A stretch of DNA of 35,917 nt, from contig DUTO01000095.1 of the NCBI GenBank assembly GCA_012842035.1, forward strand, positions 1 to 35,917, in the 5' to 3' direction. Positions 31,456 to 35,917 of this stretch are shown here, one piece after another (positions within the stretch are counted from its first letter, which is position 1; every line of letters begins with the position of its first letter). Made by a program: the position numbers and the translations under genes. Under the pieces are notes generated by a model, which saw only the letters and a list, made by a program, of their open reading frames with translations, searched no databases and was not told the origin of the DNA. This stretch comes from Clostridia bacterium. GTDB taxonomy: Bacteria; Bacillota; Peptococcia; DRI-13; DTU073.

Positions 31456-32939
31456 AGGAACAACTTCCTGCTTTAATTGTAATCGTACCATTATTAATAG
31501 CTTTGCTTTCCCCTCTAGTAGCTTATTTTTCGACGAGGTTACTACGAGGCTTAGGTCTTACGGCTGCTGCCGTATCCTTTGTTAGTGCAGTTGGTGCTTT
31601 AGGGCATGCACTTACTAAGGGGCCTTGGCATTATTATTTTGGTAATTGGGCTCCCCCTTGGGGTATAGAATATGTGATTGACCCCTTAAGTGGGTTGATG
31701 GCTGTCTTAGTTTCTTTTCTTAGTTTAGTTGTTTTAATTTATACTGACTCTTTTTTACGTGAAGAAGGTTGGTTGAAACAGGGAATTCATTATGCCCTCT
31801 ATTTGTTATTGACGGCCGGACTGTTGGGGATGACAGTCACGGGTGATGTCTTTAATCTTTATGTCTTTTTAGAAATATCATCATTAAGTGCATATGGCTT
31901 AATTGCTTCGGGAGGATATAAAGCGACGGTGTCAGCTTTTCGTTATGTGCTCGTAGGTACTGTCGGGGCTTCCTTTTATCTTTTGGGAGTTGGTTATCTT
32001 TATGCGATAACCGGTTCTTTAAACATGGCGGACCTTACTGTACGGTTACAACCTTTGCTGGATTCACAGGCTGTTTTGATTGCTATGGTTTTAATTTTAG
32101 TGGGGATGGGAATTAAAATGGCTCTTTTCCCTCTGCATGGTTGGTTGCCTGATGCTTACACCTATTCTCCACCGGCGGCGATCCCTTTTATCGCCGGGGT
32201 CATGACGAAAGTAATGGCGTATGTACTGTTGCGATATTTCTTTTTTATTTTTGGTGTTCTCAATGGTTTCGTTCCTTTAGTTTTAGAGGTAGTAGGCTGG
32301 ATTGCTGCTTTAGGAATTATTTTAGCTTCGGTCATGGCTATTGCCCAGTCGGATTTTCGACGCATGCTGGCTTTTTCCAGTGTGGCCCAGGTAGGCTATA
32401 TTGGTTTAGGTTTATCTTTAGGTAATATGTTTGGTTTTATTGGTGCTGTTTTTCATATTATTAACCATGCCATCATGAAATGTTGTCTGTTTTTGGTGGC
32501 CGGAGGAGTCAAATGGAAAACGGGAGAACATTTAATTGAAAAATATGCGGAGATGAGCCGTAGGATGCCTTTAACCATGGGAGCTTTTTTGTTGGGGGCT
32601 TTTTCGATGGTGGGTATTCCACCTACGGCAGGATTCTTTAGTAAGTGGTATTTAATTTTAGGTGCTATAGAAAAAGACTTGTGGATTTATGTAGTTGTAA
32701 TTATCTTGAGTAGTTTATTAAATGCTATTTATTTCTTCCGGGTCATCGAACAAGCTTACTTGAAAAAAGCACCTGTGGCAGAAAGAGAAAAATTTGTTGA
32801 GGATAAAAAGCCTGAACTTCCCGCAACAATGTTGGTACCTATCGTTGTTTTAGGAGCTTGCATTTTGGTGGTGGGGATATTAAATGAACCACTTGTTTCT
32901 AATATTTTACTCATGGCGTTCCCGGGAGGTGGATTATAA
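31452..32939 (+). CDS. mrpD: Mrp subunit D / NuoM-N-like proton-pumping subunit, copy 1
   Basis: 495 aa, polytopic. LFPLHGWLPDAY, AQSDFRRMLAFSSVAQVGY and HIINHAIMKCCLFL are motifs of the Proton_antipo_M family. Confidence 0.85.
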   Translation: MKEQLPALIVIVPLLIALLSPLVAYFSTRLLRGLGLTAAAVSFVSAVGALGHALTKGPWHYYFGNWAPPWGIEYVIDPLSGLMAVLVSFLSLVVLIYTDSFLREEGWLKQGIHYALYLLLTAGLLGMTVTGDVFNLYVFLEISSLSAYGLIASGGYKATVSAFRYVLVGTVGASFYLLGVGYLYAITGSLNMADLTVRLQPLLDSQAVLIAMVLILVGMGIKMALFPLHGWLPDAYTYSPPAAIPFIAGVMTKVMAYVLLRYFFFIFGVLNGFVPLVLEVVGWIAALGIILASVMAIAQSDFRRMLAFSSVAQVGYIGLGLSLGNMFGFIGAVFHIINHAIMKCCLFLVAGGVKWKTGEHLIEKYAEMSRRMPLTMGAFLLGAFSMVGIPPTAGFFSKWYLILGAIEKDLWIYVVVIILSSLLNAIYFFRVIEQAYLKKAPVAEREKFVEDKKPELPATMLVPIVVLGACILVVGILNEPLVSNILLMAFPGGGL

Positions 32940-34459
32940 TGTCGATGGAGTTTTTGCTTGCTTATCGTCCTCTCTGGGCAATTTTGATTTCTTTAGTGGC
33001 GGCAGCATTAATTATGTTAACCGGTGATAAACGTCCTAATCTGCGGGAAACTTGGACAATTGTTGCTGCTGTAGGAAAAATGCTTATTGTTTTTTCCATG
33101 TTGCCTCTTGTTTTAGCGGGGGGAGTTATCGAAATAGAACCATTTAAGATTGCCCGAGGCGTTTCCCTTCATTTGCGGGCTGATGCTGCCGGGATGGTCT
33201 TTGCTGTGTTAGCTTCCTTCCTTTGGGTGGTAACTTCTTTTTATTCCATTGGTTATATGCGGAAATTGCAAGAAGAACATCAGACCGGCTATTTTGCTTG
33301 TTTTGCGGTTTGCCTTTCGGCCACAATGGGAATTGCTTTTGCCGCGAACTTATTAACGTTTTTCGTTTTTTATGAGATTTTAACGATTGCTACTTATCCT
33401 TTGGTTGTTCATCATCGTGACCAAGAATCAATTAAGGCCGGTCGTAAATACTTAGCATATACACTGATTGCCGGACAGCTTTTCTTGGTGGGCATTTTGT
33501 GGGTACAGTTTTTAGTAGGTCATGGCGATTTTCAGCCGGGTGGCTTTTTAGCCGGGAAAGCATCAGTAGGTGCTTTACAAACTATCTTTTTGTTGATGAC
33601 TTTAGGTACGGCGGTAAAAGCAGGTGTGATGCCTGTACATGGTTGGCTTCCTTCCGCTATGGTAGCTCCTACACCGGTAAGTGCTTTGCTACATGCGGTA
33701 GCTGTAGTTAAGGCAGGGGCTTTTGGGATAGTGCGTATTGTAGGTTATGTTTTTGGCCCTCAGCTTTTGGCGCAATTAGGTGTAGCGCAAATTTTAGCCT
33801 GGTTTGCTGCCTTTACCATTATTGTTTCTTCCCTGATTGCTATGGCTCAGGATAATTTGAAAAAGAGATTGGCTTTTTCCACGATTGGTCAATTATCATA
33901 TGTAGTTTTGGGAGCTGCTCTTTTAACGCCATTAGGAATAATGGGAGGAATTTTTCATATTGTTGCTCATGCCGTGATGAAAATAACTTTGTTCTTTTGT
34001 GCCGGGGCTATTTTCGCCACAACTCAGCTGACCAGAGTTAGTGAGCTGAATGGAATTGGGCGAGAGATGCCTTATACAATGGGAGCCTTTACGGTGGGAG
34101 CGGTAGGTATTACCGGACTGCCTTTTATCGTTGGATTTATTAGTAAATGGAACTTAGCTTTAGGTTCTTTACAAGGTGGACAAGGTGTTTATGTAGGTGT
34201 TTTGCTACTAAGTAGTTTATTAAGTGCGGCTTACTTTTTGCCGATTGTTTATGCAGCTTTCTTCAAAAAGTCTGAGCCTCAGGTGGCAAAACATCATTGT
34301 GGTGAGGCCAACAAAATGATGTTGATACCTCTCTTGATTACGGCTGCTGTTTCAATAGTTTTGGGCGTTTTCCCCAATGCGGGGGGCGGTTTGTACGACT
34401 TAGCGGCTATGTCAGCTCAAAGTATTGTTAGTGGTCAGTTTATGGTGGGAGGGTGGTAA
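32939..34459 (+). CDS. mrpD: Mrp subunit D / NuoM-N-like subunit, copy 2
   Basis: 506 aa. VMPVHGWLPSAMVAPTPVSALLHAVAVVKAG, AQDNLKKRLAFSTIGQLSY and HIVAHAVMKITLFF. Confidence 0.85.
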   Translation: MSMEFLLAYRPLWAILISLVAAALIMLTGDKRPNLRETWTIVAAVGKMLIVFSMLPLVLAGGVIEIEPFKIARGVSLHLRADAAGMVFAVLASFLWVVTSFYSIGYMRKLQEEHQTGYFACFAVCLSATMGIAFAANLLTFFVFYEILTIATYPLVVHHRDQESIKAGRKYLAYTLIAGQLFLVGILWVQFLVGHGDFQPGGFLAGKASVGALQTIFLLMTLGTAVKAGVMPVHGWLPSAMVAPTPVSALLHAVAVVKAGAFGIVRIVGYVFGPQLLAQLGVAQILAWFAAFTIIVSSLIAMAQDNLKKRLAFSTIGQLSYVVLGAALLTPLGIMGGIFHIVAHAVMKITLFFCAGAIFATTQLTRVSELNGIGREMPYTMGAFTVGAVGITGLPFIVGFISKWNLALGSLQGGQGVYVGVLLLSSLLSAAYFLPIVYAAFFKKSEPQVAKHHCGEANKMMLIPLLITAAVSIVLGVFPNAGGGLYDLAAMSAQSIVSGQFMVGGW

Positions 34460-34461
34460 GA

Positions 34462-34704
34462 ATGTCCACGAAGCGTGTCTTAATTATGAGTGGCGTAGTA
34501 TTCTTGTTGCTGCTTGTCTTAGAAGTTGTTTTTGTCCGGCCCCATGTTTTTTATTGGTGGCATGGTTTCCTTGGTTTTGATTTTCTTTTTGGACTTTTAG
34601 GTACGCTACTTTTATTAGGGTTGGCTAAAGGTTTGATTAATAAGTTGGTCGAACGTGAAGAAGACTATTATGACCATGGTGGAGGTGGAGACAGTCATGC
34701 TTGA
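34462..34704 (+). CDS. Small two-TM membrane protein with an acidic, Gly/His-rich tail, embedded in the mrp cluster
   Basis: ATG 34462 after GGGAGGGTGG. 80 aa. Translationally coupled at both ends. Tail EREEDYYDHGGGGDSHA. No family recognised. Confidence 0.5.
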   Translation: MSTKRVLIMSGVVFLLLLVLEVVFVRPHVFYWWHGFLGFDFLFGLLGTLLLLGLAKGLINKLVEREEDYYDHGGGGDSHA

Positions 34705-35917
34705 GTTTCATCCTGGTTTAATTCTGATTCTTGGTGGGTTAATAGCAGCACTTGTCCCCAAACGTCTTCGCCAGGTAGTGATGGTGGGTACACCTCTCTT
34801 GGCCATTTGGGCCACTCTTAGTTTAAAGGTCGGTACACAGTGGCAGTATCTGTTTATTAATAATATGGAGTTAATTGTTTTAAAAGCAGACCGGCTTTCT
34901 TTGCTCTTTGCTTTTGTGTTTAGCCTGCTTGCTTTATTAGGCTGTATCTATGCTTTGCATCTTGAGCGTCCCGGGGAAACGATGGCCGCTTTATTTTATG
35001 CCGGGAGTTCTTTAGGGGTAATTTTCGCCGGTGATTGGTTAACTTTAATTTTATTTTGGGAAATCATGGCTATTTCTTCTGTTTTCCTTGTTTGGAATAA
35101 ACGATCACCACAAGCGCTCGCCGCCGGTTTTAGATATATTATCATTCATTTTTTAGGTGGTAGTTTGCTCTTGGCCGGAATTTTCCTGCAAGTTTCCGGT
35201 GGTCAATTAGTGATAGCACCACTTACCGGAATGAGCGGTTGGTCTTATTGGTTGATTTTGCTGGGTATTTCTATTAATACAGCCATTCCTCCGCTTCATG
35301 CTTGGTTGACTGATGCTTATCCGGAAGCGACACTTACAGGTAGTGTGTTTTTATGTGCCTTAACTACGAAAACAGCAGTATATACTTTGATTCGTGTTTT
35401 CCCGGGTACCCGTCTTTTGTTATGGTTGGGAGTAATTATGGTTATTTATGGCGTCATTTATGCGATTTTGGAAAATGATATTAGACGTCTTTTGTCCTAT
35501 CATATTATTAGTCAGGTAGGTTTTATGGTGGTAGGGGTAGGAATTGGTACAGAATTAGCCTTAAATGGAGCGGCAGCCCACGCTTATAATAATATCCTTT
35601 ATAAAACATTGTTGTTTATGGGAGCAGGTGCGGTTATTTACGCTACCGGTTACGAAAAGTTAACGGAGCTGGGTGGGCTTTATCGTCAGATGCCTTTAAC
35701 AGCACTTTTCTTTAACATTGGAGCTTTTTCTATTGCGGGGCTACCATTGTTTAGTGGTTTTGTTAGTAAGCCTATGCTGATGAGTGCGGCTACACTAAGT
35801 CAAATGCCCGCGGTAGAGCTTTTACTCTATTTAGGTAGTATCGGTACCTTTCTTTCGATTACTTTAAAATTAAATTATTTTATGTTTTTTGGACCAAAGC
35901 GCGAGATTAAGGTTAAA
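34697..35917 (+). CDS. Mrp subunit D/A-like NuoL-M-N family subunit, copy 3 (3' end lies outside the window)
   Basis: Absent from the ORF track because it has no stop in the window. My hand translation from ATG 34697 stays open for 407 codons. Contains PPLHAWLTDAYPEAT, ENDIRRLLSYHIISQVGFM and AHAYNNILYKTLLFM. Confidence 0.8.
   Translation, partial: MLEFHPGLILILGGLIAALVPKRLRQVVMVGTPLLAIWATLSLKVGTQWQYLFINNMELIVLKADRLSLLFAFVFSLLALLGCIYALHLERPGETMAALFYAGSSLGVIFAGDWLTLILFWEIMAISSVFLVWNKRSPQALAAGFRYIIIHFLGGSLLLAGIFLQVSGGQLVIAPLTGMSGWSYWLILLGISINTAIPPLHAWLTDAYPEATLTGSVFLCALTTKTAVYTLIRVFPGTRLLLWLGVIMVIYGVIYAILENDIRRLLSYHIISQVGFMVVGVGIGTELALNGAAAHAYNNILYKTLLFMGAGAVIYATGYEKLTELGGLYRQMPLTALFFNIGAFSIAGLPLFSGFVSKPMLMSAATLSQMPAVELLLYLGSIGTFLSITLKLNYFMFFGPKREIKVK

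Noticed and set aside
1-35917. A search by eye for CRISPR arrays, rRNA or tRNA genes, IS or transposase genes, integrases, phage genes and restriction/defence gene clusters
   Set aside because: I noticed no regularly spaced direct repeats, no cloverleaf-like or rRNA-like conserved stretches, and no transposase or integrase motifs. Apart from the MNT/HEPN pair, no defence-type gene was recognised. This was a visual scan only, and a computational repeat or covariance-model search could still find small elements.

Overview
This is a segment from near the replication origin of an endospore-forming Firmicute (Clostridia-like, roughly 40% GC). It is almost entirely coded on the + strand. The backbone is colinear with the Bacillus subtilis region recR-yaaL-bofA ... 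csfB ... yaaO-yaaR-holB-yaaT(ricT)-yabA-yabB-yabC(rsmI)-abrB-metS-yabD(tatD)-ksgA-yabG-veg. Several lineage-specific blocks are inserted into that backbone. (i) An MNT/HEPN toxin-antitoxin pair whose start codon overlaps the recR stop codon. (ii) A P-loop NTPase plus a three-subunit 2-oxoacid:ferredoxin oxidoreductase with no ferredoxin-type delta subunit. (iii) An orphan 204-aa protein, a decayed DUF554 gene and a small minus-strand ORF around gin/csfB. (iv) A GapB-like GAPDH. (v) A LysM-SleB/CwlJ hydrolase, fumC and a malic enzyme between ksgA and yabG. Downstream of veg lie a sporulation block (YkwD-like SCP protein, a SipL-like protein with three DUF3794 repeats plus LysM, spoIIR, and a bare YkuD L,D-transpeptidase), then a Na/Pi-PhoU transporter. 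The window ends in a tightly coupled Mrp cluster in Mbh-style gene order (E-F-G-MbhD-like-B-C-D-D-small-D) that runs off the 3' edge. One Met T-box leader precedes metG. I found no rRNA, tRNA, CRISPR array, transposase or recognisable defence island. The most unusual candidates are the NTPase/oxidoreductase pairing, the atypical Mrp/Mbh-like module, the recR-coupled toxin-antitoxin pair, and a perfect 10-4-10 palindrome upstream of gapB. None is a clear-cut new system on sequence alone. All family calls come from motif recognition by eye, not from database searches.
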